64,000 nucleotides of DNA. Source: Planctomycetota bacterium (GTDB taxonomy: Bacteria; Planctomycetota; SZUA-567; H5-PLA8). Of this stretch, positions 48,088 through 56,992 are shown piece after piece. The translations under genes were made by a program, and so were the position numbers. The notes under the pieces were generated by a model. The model was given only the letters and a program-made list of their open reading frames with translations, was not told the origin of the DNA and ran no database searches. The stretch spans positions 20,502 to 84,501 of the forward strand of contig JBBRPR010000037.1 in assembly GCA_038227875.1 (NCBI GenBank), read 5' to 3'. Each line of letters starts with the position of its first letter. Position 1 is the first letter of the stretch.

Positions 48088-48258
48088 TGACTTTCGCGTT
48101 CAATGACCGCTTATATACTATAGGAAAATATGCGATACCCGTCTCAATGCCGTCTCTCCACCCAAGGCCTCAACCCCCATGAACACCCCACCCGTCGTAC
48201 GCCGTTACATGCACCCCAAGCCGCTCACTGTGCACCCAAGAAAGGAGGCCCCCGCCCT

Positions 48259-48288
48259 GTAACATTTGGTAACATTCCGTAACATTGC
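48259..48288. repeat. Three phased 10-bp repeats GTAACATTnn upstream of pepT
   Basis: GTAACATTTG GTAACATTCC GTAACATTGC. Confidence 0.85.
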
Positions 48289-48415
48289 ACCTTGGTTCCA
48301 ACCATCGGGGAGTCTCAAACCCGCCAACCTAATCCGCAATCCGCAATCCGAAATCCGCAATGCCGTTCGAATCGGCAATTCCCTTCACCCAATACCCTGT
48401 GGTAAATCTAAACCC

Positions 48416-49663
48416 ATGCCTATCACCATCGACTCCGAAGATCTCCTCCAGCGCTTCCTGAGCTACGTCAGCCTGGATACGCAGAGCGATTCCCACTCCA
48501 CCACCACGCCCAGCACAGAGAAGCAGTGGGTGCTGATCCGTAAACTTGAGACGGAACTCAAGGCGCTCGGCATCGCCGACGTGCGCGTCACCGAGTTCGG
48601 ATACGTCCTCGCCACGCTGCCTTCGAACTCACCCAAGAAGGACGTGCCGCGCATCGCCTTCATGGGGCACGTCGACACCGCCGAAGGCTGCTCCGGCCTG
48701 GCCAAGCCGATCGTGCACCGGAAGTACGCCGGTCAGAAGATCGTGCTGCCCGACGATCCCACCCAGTCGATCAGCCCCGACGACACGCCGCTGCTGAAAG
48801 AGAAACTCGGCGAAGACCTGATCACCGCCTCCGGCAAAACGCTCCTCGGCGCCGACGACAAGGCCGGCGTCGTGATCGTCATGGCCGCGATCCGGCACCT
48901 GGTCCTTCATCCCGAAATCATTCACGGCCCCGTGCGCGTCTGCTTCAATCCCGACGAAGAGATCGGCCGCGGCACGGAGAAACTCTCGCTCGAAGAGTTC
49001 AACACGAATTTCGCCTACACGCTCGACGCCGAAGAACTGGGCGAAGTCGATTACGAATCCTTCAGCGCCGACCGCGCCGTGGTGAAGATTACCGGCGTCG
49101 CCGCGCATCCCGGCTGGGCCAAAAACGTGATGGTCAACGCCATCCGCCTCGCCGCGGATTTCGTCGCCGCCCTGCCGCGCGAGATCTCACCGGAATGCAC
49201 CAGCGGCCGCGAAGGCTTCGCCCATCCCGTGGAGATCTCCGGCTCGCCGGAAGCCGTGGAAATCCGCCTGATCCTCCGCGACTTCGAACTCGGGGGGCTG
49301 GCCGCCAAGCGCGAACTGGTCGAAATCGCCGCGGCAAAGATCCGCGCCGCCGAACCGCGCGCCAAGGTCGACGTCGAATTCGGCAAGCAGTACCGCAACA
49401 TGCGCTACTGGCTCGAAAAGGATTTCCGCCCCGTCGAATACGCTCTCGACGCCGTGAAGCGCACGGGCCTCAAACCGTTTTCCGACGCCATCCGCGGCGG
49501 CACCGACGGCTCGCGTCTGACCGAACGCGGCCTGCCGACGCCCAATATCTTCACCGGCTTCCACTACGTCCACAGCCCGCGAGAGTGGGTCAGTCTGCAG
49601 GATATGTGCAAAGCCGCCGAGACGGTCGTCCATCTCGTCCAGATCTGGGAAGAGCGCTCGTAA
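48416..49663 (+). CDS. pepT: Peptidase T (M20B tripeptidase)
   Basis: RFLSYVSLDTQS, HVDT, LLGADDKAG, PDEEIGRG, IRGGTDGS, PTPNIFTG. Confidence 0.95.
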   Translation: MPITIDSEDLLQRFLSYVSLDTQSDSHSTTTPSTEKQWVLIRKLETELKALGIADVRVTEFGYVLATLPSNSPKKDVPRIAFMGHVDTAEGCSGLAKPIVHRKYAGQKIVLPDDPTQSISPDDTPLLKEKLGEDLITASGKTLLGADDKAGVVIVMAAIRHLVLHPEIIHGPVRVCFNPDEEIGRGTEKLSLEEFNTNFAYTLDAEELGEVDYESFSADRAVVKITGVAAHPGWAKNVMVNAIRLAADFVAALPREISPECTSGREGFAHPVEISGSPEAVEIRLILRDFELGGLAAKRELVEIAAAKIRAAEPRAKVDVEFGKQYRNMRYWLEKDFRPVEYALDAVKRTGLKPFSDAIRGGTDGSRLTERGLPTPNIFTGFHYVHSPREWVSLQDMCKAAETVVHLVQIWEERS

Positions 49664-49706
49664 GATCGGCCACGATAACGAAGTCGGAAGTGAATCACGA
49701 TCCCCC

Positions 49707-51371
49707 ATGCCAGACCCGCAGCCCAACACTCCTCAACCCCCGCGAACGTCCCTCGCGCTGAGCCTCGTCGTTTCCGTGCTCTGCGGCGCGGTGATCGCCA
49801 TCCCGTTCCGCGACTACGAAGGTTCCGGTCCGATCTGGTTCATTCTTGCGCCGATGCTCGCCCTCGTCGCGGCGCAACAGAGCATCAAGCGCGCGGTCCT
49901 CTTCTCCGCGGCCTTCGCGATGACGTGGACGCTGCTCTGCTTCAGCTTTCTCTGGAACGACACCGCCCCCGGCGTCTTTGCGCTCTCGATCTACACGTCC
50001 CTCTACTACATCGCCGGTCTGCTCGTCGTCCGCCGCGTCGCGCGCGACGGACCGGTGATCGCGGTGATCGGCACCGGCTGCGTCTGGCTGCTGCTCGAAA
50101 TTGTCCGCTCGATCGTTCCCATCCTCGCCTTCCCGTGGCTGCTGCTGGGACACACGCTGCTCTACGATCCGCACCTGCGCCAAGGCGCCGACCTCTTCGG
50201 CGTCTACGGACTTTCCTTCATCATCGCCGCCTTCAATGCCTGCCTCGTCTTCGCCCTGCCTATCCTTCTGCCCGAGAAACTCCGCCGCCTCGTTCCGGGC
50301 TTCAGCGATGGCGCGCCGATGGACCACGCGCGCCGGCTGAGCGCCTGGCGAGCTCTGAGCATGGCGGTCGCGCTGATTTTCGGGCTGTGGTGCTACGGCG
50401 AACTGCGCACCGAGCGCATCGCGCCGCAGCTGGTGGCGGGGCCGAAAATCGGCGTGATTCAAGGCAACATCGTTCAGAAACTCGGGCGCTCGGAAGACGC
50501 CTTGTGGGACCAGCTCCGCGGCCACATCGAGCTTCACAAACAGCTGCTGAAGACGGCCGCGGTTTCCGATGACGGCATGCCGGTGCTCGTCTGCTGGGCC
50601 GAGACCATGGTTCCCGGCGCCTACAATTGCGAAAAGTGGGGCACCGAATTCCGCGACTACGTGACGCGCACCGGTATCACGACCCTCTTCGGCTCCAACT
50701 TCGTGCCGCGCGAAGACCTCGACAAAACCGCACTCGATCAACGCTGCTACAACACCGCCTACGTCATCGACGGCCACGGCGACGAACTCTTCCGCGTCTA
50801 CAAACGCAAGCTCGTCCCCTTCGGCGAGTACGTTCCGTTCGCCAAGACCTTCCCGCTGCTGCGCTACTTGCGCTCCGTTACTGAAGATCAGTACGAACCC
50901 GGAACTGATCCGTCGCCCGTCAGCGACATCGGCGGCTATCGCGTCGCGCTCAACATCTGCGTCGAAGACATCCACCCCGACCTGGCGCGGGAATCGAGTT
51001 GGATGGGCGCCGACACGCTGATCAACATCACCAACGACGGCTGGTTTTACGGCACGTACGGTCCGAAGGCGCATCTCCGTGCCGCTGCCTGGCGCGCGAT
51101 TGAAGTGCGCCGGCCGCTGTTGCGTGTCACCAATACGGGGATCACCGTTGCCGTCGATCCGCTCGGAAACATGACCACACTGATCCCGCCGGAAACTGTC
51201 GGGACCAGCACAGTTCGCCTAATGCGCATTCAAAACGAGAAAGATACACCCTTCGCGCTGCCGCACACCATGTACATGAGGATGGGAGAAGTAGGCGTCG
51301 GATTGATCTTTCTTAGCCTTTTGTTCGGGTGTCTGTGGGTGGGTTCGCAGAATCTGCCAGAAAACTTTTGA
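49707..51371 (+). CDS. lnt: Apolipoprotein N-acyltransferase
   Basis: Multi-TM N-terminus, FPWLLLG, QGNI, WAET, YKRKLVPFGEYVP, NICVE, ITNDGWF, RVTNTG. Confidence 0.93.
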   Translation: MPDPQPNTPQPPRTSLALSLVVSVLCGAVIAIPFRDYEGSGPIWFILAPMLALVAAQQSIKRAVLFSAAFAMTWTLLCFSFLWNDTAPGVFALSIYTSLYYIAGLLVVRRVARDGPVIAVIGTGCVWLLLEIVRSIVPILAFPWLLLGHTLLYDPHLRQGADLFGVYGLSFIIAAFNACLVFALPILLPEKLRRLVPGFSDGAPMDHARRLSAWRALSMAVALIFGLWCYGELRTERIAPQLVAGPKIGVIQGNIVQKLGRSEDALWDQLRGHIELHKQLLKTAAVSDDGMPVLVCWAETMVPGAYNCEKWGTEFRDYVTRTGITTLFGSNFVPREDLDKTALDQRCYNTAYVIDGHGDELFRVYKRKLVPFGEYVPFAKTFPLLRYLRSVTEDQYEPGTDPSPVSDIGGYRVALNICVEDIHPDLARESSWMGADTLINITNDGWFYGTYGPKAHLRAAAWRAIEVRRPLLRVTNTGITVAVDPLGNMTTLIPPETVGTSTVRLMRIQNEKDTPFALPHTMYMRMGEVGVGLIFLSLLFGCLWVGSQNLPENF

Positions 51372-51497
51372 TAGTCAGACCTGAAATGATGTACATAAGG
51401 TGTGCAACAAACCGGCTGCGAGTAACGTCTACTGAGTACGGTAATTCGTAAACGTGCGGTAGTTTCAAGGGCCTGCGGAAAAGGATGGCGTGTGACT

Positions 51498-52442
51498 ATG
51501 AAGCACGTACACGATCGATGGCTGGGCTTGGCGGGTGTCGCGTTGGCTTGCGGTTCAATGCTGACGGGATCCATGGTCCACGCGGAAGACGATGCCGCGG
51601 CAAGGGCGCTGGATAAATCGCTGGCCCAGGCTCACCAGCAAAGCCAGGTGCGCGACCGCCAGAACGCGGGCACAACGACCAAGGCCGATCAGGCCGCGCG
51701 CGCCAAGGAACAGGCCAAGCGCGATGTCGCTGAATTCAAAGAAAACATGCTCAACAACCTTGCGTCGATCAAGGAAATGTCGAAGCAGGCCGACGCGGAC
51801 ATGAAGGCCAAGAACTACACCGAAGCCGGCCAGTTTTACAGCTCGGTATCAATGGCCACCGTCCCCGGCGGCGAAGACCTCGCCGACCAGGCCCGCGGCC
51901 ACCTCGAAGAACTCGAAAAGATGGCCAAGGATTGCCTCCACGAAGCCGAAGATGCGGACATTCAGCGCGACTACATCAAGGAAGCCGAGAAGTTCCTCTA
52001 CATTCTGCAGCAGTTCCCGTACACGAAAGCCAAGGAACGCGCGCTGGCGGGCATCACTTCGCTGCGCAGCCGCCCGGAAGTCGCCGCCTTCGAAGAATAC
52101 AAGAAGGGCGAACAGTATGAAGCCGACGGCAAGCTGACCGAAGCCGTGAAGATGTACGAAGGCATCACGCTCAACCAGCGCTACGATCATTCCGTGGCCG
52201 CGCTGATGGCCAAACGCAAGCTCGACAGTCTCAACGACAATGAACAGAGCCGTGCCGCGATGAAGGCGGAACTCGAAAATCGCGCCAAGAAGGAAGCGCC
52301 GGGACTACTGGCCAGCGCCAAGAACTACATCGCCAACAGCATGCCCAAGGAAGCGATGCGCAAACTTCAGGACGTGATCGAGAAATACCCGAACACGACC
52401 TTCGCCGAAGAAGCCCAGAAGCAACTGGCCGAATTGAAGTAA
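51498..52442 (+). CDS. Secreted helical TPR-like protein
   Basis: Signal peptide; QQFPYTKA and VIEKYPNTTFAEEAQKQL TPR-type ends. Confidence 0.7.
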   Translation: MKHVHDRWLGLAGVALACGSMLTGSMVHAEDDAAARALDKSLAQAHQQSQVRDRQNAGTTTKADQAARAKEQAKRDVAEFKENMLNNLASIKEMSKQADADMKAKNYTEAGQFYSSVSMATVPGGEDLADQARGHLEELEKMAKDCLHEAEDADIQRDYIKEAEKFLYILQQFPYTKAKERALAGITSLRSRPEVAAFEEYKKGEQYEADGKLTEAVKMYEGITLNQRYDHSVAALMAKRKLDSLNDNEQSRAAMKAELENRAKKEAPGLLASAKNYIANSMPKEAMRKLQDVIEKYPNTTFAEEAQKQLAELK

Positions 52443-52463
52443 CTGAAGTCGTCGACTTTTCGT

Positions 52464-52497
52464 AAGCACGCCTGCGTTGAGCAGGCGTGCTTTATTT
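52464..52497 (+). terminator. Intrinsic terminator
   Basis: AAGCACGCCTGC-gttga-GCAGGCGTGCTT then tattt. Confidence 0.75.
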
Positions 52498-52625
52498 AAA
52501 AACGGCAGCGATTGTGGATCACGATCCACGTCCCGCGAGCCACCTTTTACCGTGACCCGCGCTTGCACTTGTGAGTAAGATTACATAATGTGGATTTTGT
52601 AAGGACTATTTCGAAAGGACTATCC

Positions 52626-53225
52626 ATGCGCTTTTCCATTCTCGCTGTCGCGTTTCTGGCGATGGTTGGTGTGTCGCTCCGGGCCGAAGAACTGAACGAG
52701 GCCGATAAGAAGAAGGCTACGACACTCATCACCGCACTGGGTGCCGACGATTTCCAGGTCCGCGAGAACGCCGAGAAGTCGCTCAACGGCATGGGCGCGG
52801 CGGTCCTTCCGCTGGTCAAGGAAACGGCCGGAAGCACGACCGACGCCGAAGTGCGTACGCGTTGCGAGCACGTCATTCAAGCCCTGGCGCTCGACGCCGA
52901 AAGCAATCCCGACGAGCTGGCCAAGCTTGCGAAGACGGCCGCGGAATCCAAGAAGTTCGCCGACGCCTCGAAGTTCTACGCCAAGGCGGCCAGCATTTAT
53001 AAGAAACAGTCCGGAGAGAGCGCTGACGACAAGAAGAAGACCGAGCTCGTCGCGAAGGCCACCAAAGCCACCGAACGCCAGCAGCGCGCCGACGCGATGG
53101 CCAAGAACGACGGACAGGACACCGCTCAGGTGCTCGTCAACGGGGGCGCGCGCATCCGCGTCATCCGCGCTCAAGGCGGCGTGGTGATGACCACGACCGG
53201 CGGCGCGGACGGCAGCGACTGGTAA
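52626..53225 (+). CDS. Secreted protein with HEAT-like helix pair
   Basis: Signal peptide; LGADDFQVRENAEKSL..DAEVRTRC; AAGGA RBS. Confidence 0.7.
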   Translation: MRFSILAVAFLAMVGVSLRAEELNEADKKKATTLITALGADDFQVRENAEKSLNGMGAAVLPLVKETAGSTTDAEVRTRCEHVIQALALDAESNPDELAKLAKTAAESKKFADASKFYAKAASIYKKQSGESADDKKKTELVAKATKATERQQRADAMAKNDGQDTAQVLVNGGARIRVIRAQGGVVMTTTGGADGSDW

Positions 53226-53261
53226 GCTTGGCACACATTTGATTCTGAGTGTCCACTTTCA

Positions 53262-53293
53262 ACCCTAGGATCAATTGATCCCTAGGGTACCCT
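53262..53293. promoter_or_regulatory. CAATTG-centred palindrome related to the one at 15937
   Basis: ACCCTAGGATCAATTGATCCCTAGGGTACCCT. Confidence 0.55.
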
Positions 53294-53309
53294 CGAAATC
53301 CCATCCATC

Positions 53310-54179
53310 ATGTCTGAACCCATCGACTTCGAACAGGAATTCGGCGTCATCATTCCCGGGCGCATCAAGCCCGAGGCCGAATGGGCGCGCACAGCGCTCA
53401 AGCACATGCCGCCGCCCGGGCCGCTCGATTGGGCGGCGATCTTTGGCCGCACCGCGCCGGTGATCATCGAGCTGGGTTGCGGTAACGGGCGCTACACGCT
53501 GCTAAGCGCGATTGCACGGCCCGATCACGATCATTTCTCCAGCGACATCTTGCCGGCCGTGATCCGCTACGCGACGCGGCGCGCCAATCAGCGCGGCCTT
53601 CACAACGTCCGCTTCGCCGTCAAAGACGCGCAGACGCTGATGCGCGCGTACATGGCGCCCGGGAGCGTCGCGGAAATCCATCTCTATCATCCGCAGCCGT
53701 TCCACGACCCGCGCCAGGCACGGATGCGGCTGGTGACGCCGAAGTTTCTCGCTGACGTCCACCGCGCGTTGAAGCCCGGCGGGCTGTTCGTCATCCAGAC
53801 AGACAATCCCGACTACTGGGAGTACATGAAGCGCATCGTGCCGGTCTACTTCGATTTCCACGAGCAGGATGGTCCGTGGCCCGACGCTCCCGAAGGCCGC
53901 TCGCGCCGCGAGATCCTGGCGCGCAGCCGCAACCTGCGCATCTTCCGCGGCTACGGTGTACGCCGCGATAACCTCGCCCCCGACGAAGCGCTGGCACTGG
54001 CCGAGCAACTCCCCCAGCCCACATTCCTCAGCCGCGGCCCGTGGTGTGAACTCGATGCCGAAGAAGAAAGTGGTGGCGTCAGTGATCGCAGATTCGGTGG
54101 TGGCAGAAGAGGACAACACGGAGGCGGAGGCAAAAATCCAAAACACAACGGAGGTCATCGTCGCCCGTTCAAACGCTAA
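53310..54179 (+). CDS. trmB: tRNA (guanine-N7)-methyltransferase-like protein
   Basis: IELGCGNG, LHNVRF, LKPGGLFVIQTDNPDY; Gly/Arg-rich tail. Confidence 0.78.
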   Translation: MSEPIDFEQEFGVIIPGRIKPEAEWARTALKHMPPPGPLDWAAIFGRTAPVIIELGCGNGRYTLLSAIARPDHDHFSSDILPAVIRYATRRANQRGLHNVRFAVKDAQTLMRAYMAPGSVAEIHLYHPQPFHDPRQARMRLVTPKFLADVHRALKPGGLFVIQTDNPDYWEYMKRIVPVYFDFHEQDGPWPDAPEGRSRREILARSRNLRIFRGYGVRRDNLAPDEALALAEQLPQPTFLSRGPWCELDAEEESGGVSDRRFGGGRRGQHGGGGKNPKHNGGHRRPFKR

Positions 54180-54185
54180 CTGAAA

Positions 54186-54221
54186 AAGAAACGGGACGAA
54201 GCTCTCGCCCCGTCCCGTTCT
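54186..54221. terminator. Terminator between convergent genes
   Basis: AACGGGACG...CGTCCCGTT preceded by an A run. Confidence 0.6.
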
Positions 54222-54276
54222 ATAATTTCCTTCTTTCGTTCACTCGACATTCGACATTCGACATTCGACATTCACT

Positions 54277-54660
54277 TCATTCCGTCGTTGCCGTCGTCTC
54301 TTTCGTCGCTTCGTCGTACTTCAGCGTGATCTTGGAGATGTCCGTGAGCTTGTAGCCTTTCCAGACCACCGACTTGCCGCCGACTTCCCAGACGATGCTG
54401 ATGTCCCACTTCGCGGCCGTGGCTTTGGGGCTGAAGGTGATTTTGAGCGTGCCACCGTCCTTGAGTACATCTTTCAGAATGTTGGTGCCCCAATCGTCGG
54501 AGGCGCTCGGCGCGATGTACAGTTCCTTGATGCCCCAGCCGGTGCTGTTGACGAGCGAAAAGTCGAGATTCAATTCTTCAGCTTTGACGCTGGAGGTGCC
54601 CAAGCAACTGCAGAGCAGGATGCCGAGGCCGAGCAGGAACAACACGTTTTTGGGCTTCAA
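54277..54660 (-). CDS. Small secreted beta-rich protein, copy 1
   Basis: TTG start after GAAAGGA; LDFSLVNSTGWGIKELYIAPSASDDWGTNIL. Confidence 0.78.
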   Translation of the reverse strand: MKPKNVLFLLGLGILLCSCLGTSSVKAEELNLDFSLVNSTGWGIKELYIAPSASDDWGTNILKDVLKDGGTLKITFSPKATAAKWDISIVWEVGGKSVVWKGYKLTDISKITLKYDEATKETTATTE

Positions 54661-54986
54661 TGCCAGGTCCTTTCCAAAAGGGATTGGGGTTCGCGGCGAA
54701 ATGCCTTCCCCCAAATTTAAGCGCCGTGCACTATAGGGCGGACCTTTCGGTTAGCTACAAAAAATGCATTTATTCCAATGCACCAGTTTCCATACGGGAT
54801 CCGAAAATAACAAGCATAGCGCCTCCTTGAGCATGGTTTTCGAGCCTATAAATAACGTCACAGAGGTAACAACCTGAAACTATAATGCGTGTGTAGGAAG
54901 TCAATCTTTTAGAATCGATAAATGCTGAATTCGACGAGATTTATACGCACAAGTGCGAACGACGTGGGCAGCAGGCGAACGCGAGT

Positions 54987-56312
54987 TCAGTGCTTCCGCC
55001 CGACGAAATAATACGCCAGCCACAACAGACTCAGCAGGATCGCAGAACTCGCCACAATCATCAGCACACGCATCGCTCTTTCTTTCACATTCAATATTCG
55101 AGCCGGCGCGGCCGGGGGTGGAATTTGGACGCTCACGTCCTGCAGTCTCAGTTCGTCTTTCTGCGGAGCCTCTACATGTTTCGACGGCGCCGCCGTCGTC
55201 TCTTCGAACAGCAATTCCAACTCGTTCAACTGAATGTCGGGCGCGCCCGCGCCGGAAGGCAGGCCCATCACTTTCGCGATCGATTGCGTCAGCCGCTTCA
55301 TGTCGGGCACGCGCTGGTTGCGGTCGCGCGCGCACATCCACTGGACCAGTTTGGCCGTCTCGGCGCTGATCTCCGGATTGATCGTGCGCGGGTCCGGCAC
55401 GGCCTGCTTCACGTGAGCCGTCAAAATATCGTACATGTTCTTGGCGATGAACGGCGGCCGGCCCGTGAGCATGTGAAAGAGCGTGATGCCGAGGCTGTAG
55501 ACGTCCGTGCGCGCGTCGAGGGTGTCGCTGGATTCGATCTGCTCGGGCGAAATGTAATGCGGCGTGCCCAGCACCGCACCGGTGGCCGTCAGCCGCAAGT
55601 CCTCTTCGGAATTGCTCCGCGCCAGGCCGAAGTCCATCACCTTGACCACGCCGGTGCGCGTCAGCATCAGGTTGGCCGGCTTGATGTCGCGGTGAATCAG
55701 GCCGTGTTCGTGGGCATGCGTCATCCCCCGCGCCGCCGCGGCGGTGATGGCCAGCGCCTGAGCTTCGGGAAGTTTCGAGCGCACTTTCAGAATGTCGCCG
55801 AGGTCCTCGCCGTCGATAAATTCCTGCGCCATGAAATAGCAGCCGGCGCTCTCGCCCACCTCGAGGCATTTGACGAGATTGGGATGATCGAGCTTTACAC
55901 CGATACTGGCTTCCAGAAAAAAGCGCTGGATGAATTGCAGGTCTCCGGTCAGGCGCTTAAAGAGGATTTTCAGCGCGACCGTTTTTCCGTCGGAGGTGCG
56001 GCGCGCTTTCCAGACGGAGCCCATCCCGCCCTCGTCGATCTGGTTGAGGACGCCGTAGCCGCCGATTTTGTCGGGAATCTGTTGCGTGGGCTCGGAGAGC
56101 GGCAGCTCCAATGCCGCGGCCGAGACGCTACCTGGATTTTCGCCGATCGCCTTGCCCGTCGCTTTAAAGCGCTCGAACTGTTCCCGGCAGTTTGCACAGG
56201 TCGTCAGGTGCTGACTCATTTCCGCGTTCTCGCGGCCTTCCGACGTATCGAGAAAATAGTCGAACACGGCGGACTCGGAGTACGGACAGGATTCCACCTT
56301 GCCTGGCGTCAT
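54987..56312 (-). CDS. Hanks-type Ser/Thr kinase with N-terminal zf-HC2-like motif and C-terminal TM
   Basis: HLTTCANC; GGMGSVWKA, VALK, HRDIKPAN, DFGLAR, GTPHYISPEQ, DVYSLG. Confidence 0.93.
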   Translation of the reverse strand: MTPGKVESCPYSESAVFDYFLDTSEGRENAEMSQHLTTCANCREQFERFKATGKAIGENPGSVSAAALELPLSEPTQQIPDKIGGYGVLNQIDEGGMGSVWKARRTSDGKTVALKILFKRLTGDLQFIQRFFLEASIGVKLDHPNLVKCLEVGESAGCYFMAQEFIDGEDLGDILKVRSKLPEAQALAITAAAARGMTHAHEHGLIHRDIKPANLMLTRTGVVKVMDFGLARSNSEEDLRLTATGAVLGTPHYISPEQIESSDTLDARTDVYSLGITLFHMLTGRPPFIAKNMYDILTAHVKQAVPDPRTINPEISAETAKLVQWMCARDRNQRVPDMKRLTQSIAKVMGLPSGAGAPDIQLNELELLFEETTAAPSKHVEAPQKDELRLQDVSVQIPPPAAPARILNVKERAMRVLMIVASSAILLSLLWLAYYFVGRKH

Positions 56313-56330
56313 AACATTCCACCCGGTGGA

Positions 56331-56948
56331 TTACGTTTGGGGAGAAAGATAGGTTCGCAACAATTTCATGGCGCGATAAAGCCGCGATTTGACGGTGGCC
56401 TCCGGACAGTCCATCGCCGCGGCGATCTCCTCGCGGCTCAAACCTTCCACGAATTTCAGCAACACCGTCGTGCGCTCTTCCTCCGACAACTGCGCCAGCA
56501 GCGCCTTGGCCTGAGCGCTGACCTCACGCGCCTCCACTCGGGAGGCCGGCGATGGATTGGGATCGACAAAGGCGAGCGGACCGGAGGCCGCGACGCTTTC
56601 GGACCAGTTGAATTCGCGCTTCTTGCGCAGGTCCTGCAAACAGGTGTTGCGGGCGATGCGGTAAAGCCACGGGCGGAGTTCCGCTTCAGGACGAAAGGTG
56701 CCGGCCTTCTGCTTGAGAATCAAAAAGGTTTCGTTGGCCCATTCTTCCGCGGTGCCCGTGTCGCGCGTGAAGTTGTGGCAGAAGCGCAGCACGCCCGACC
56801 AATAGCGCTCGTACAAACGCTCCCAGGAGGAGCGGCTGCCTTGAATCAGGTTGAGGACGTCCTGATTGTCCGGGTTGTTCTGTTTAGCGCACACGACTTG
56901 AAGGATAGGCCAGCCGCGGAACGCGTCAATCGAAATCGAACGGCGCAT
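56331..56948 (-). CDS. ECF RNA polymerase sigma factor
   Basis: WERLYERY, AEEWANETF, WLYRIARN, EGLSREEIA, TVKSRLYRA; start uncertain (56894-57029). Confidence 0.9.
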   Translation of the reverse strand: MRRSISIDAFRGWPILQVVCAKQNNPDNQDVLNLIQGSRSSWERLYERYWSGVLRFCHNFTRDTGTAEEWANETFLILKQKAGTFRPEAELRPWLYRIARNTCLQDLRKKREFNWSESVAASGPLAFVDPNPSPASRVEAREVSAQAKALLAQLSEEERTTVLLKFVEGLSREEIAAAMDCPEATVKSRLYRAMKLLRTYLSPQT

Positions 56949-56992
56949 CGGTTTGGTTTCTCCGGGCGAGACGCCCGGACTACAAAGGGCAA

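Noticed and set aside
46924..48153. Possible CRISPR array
   Set aside because: Only two copies of each repeat, unit lengths of ~287 and 300 bp, no short repeat-spacer periodicity, and no cas genes in the window
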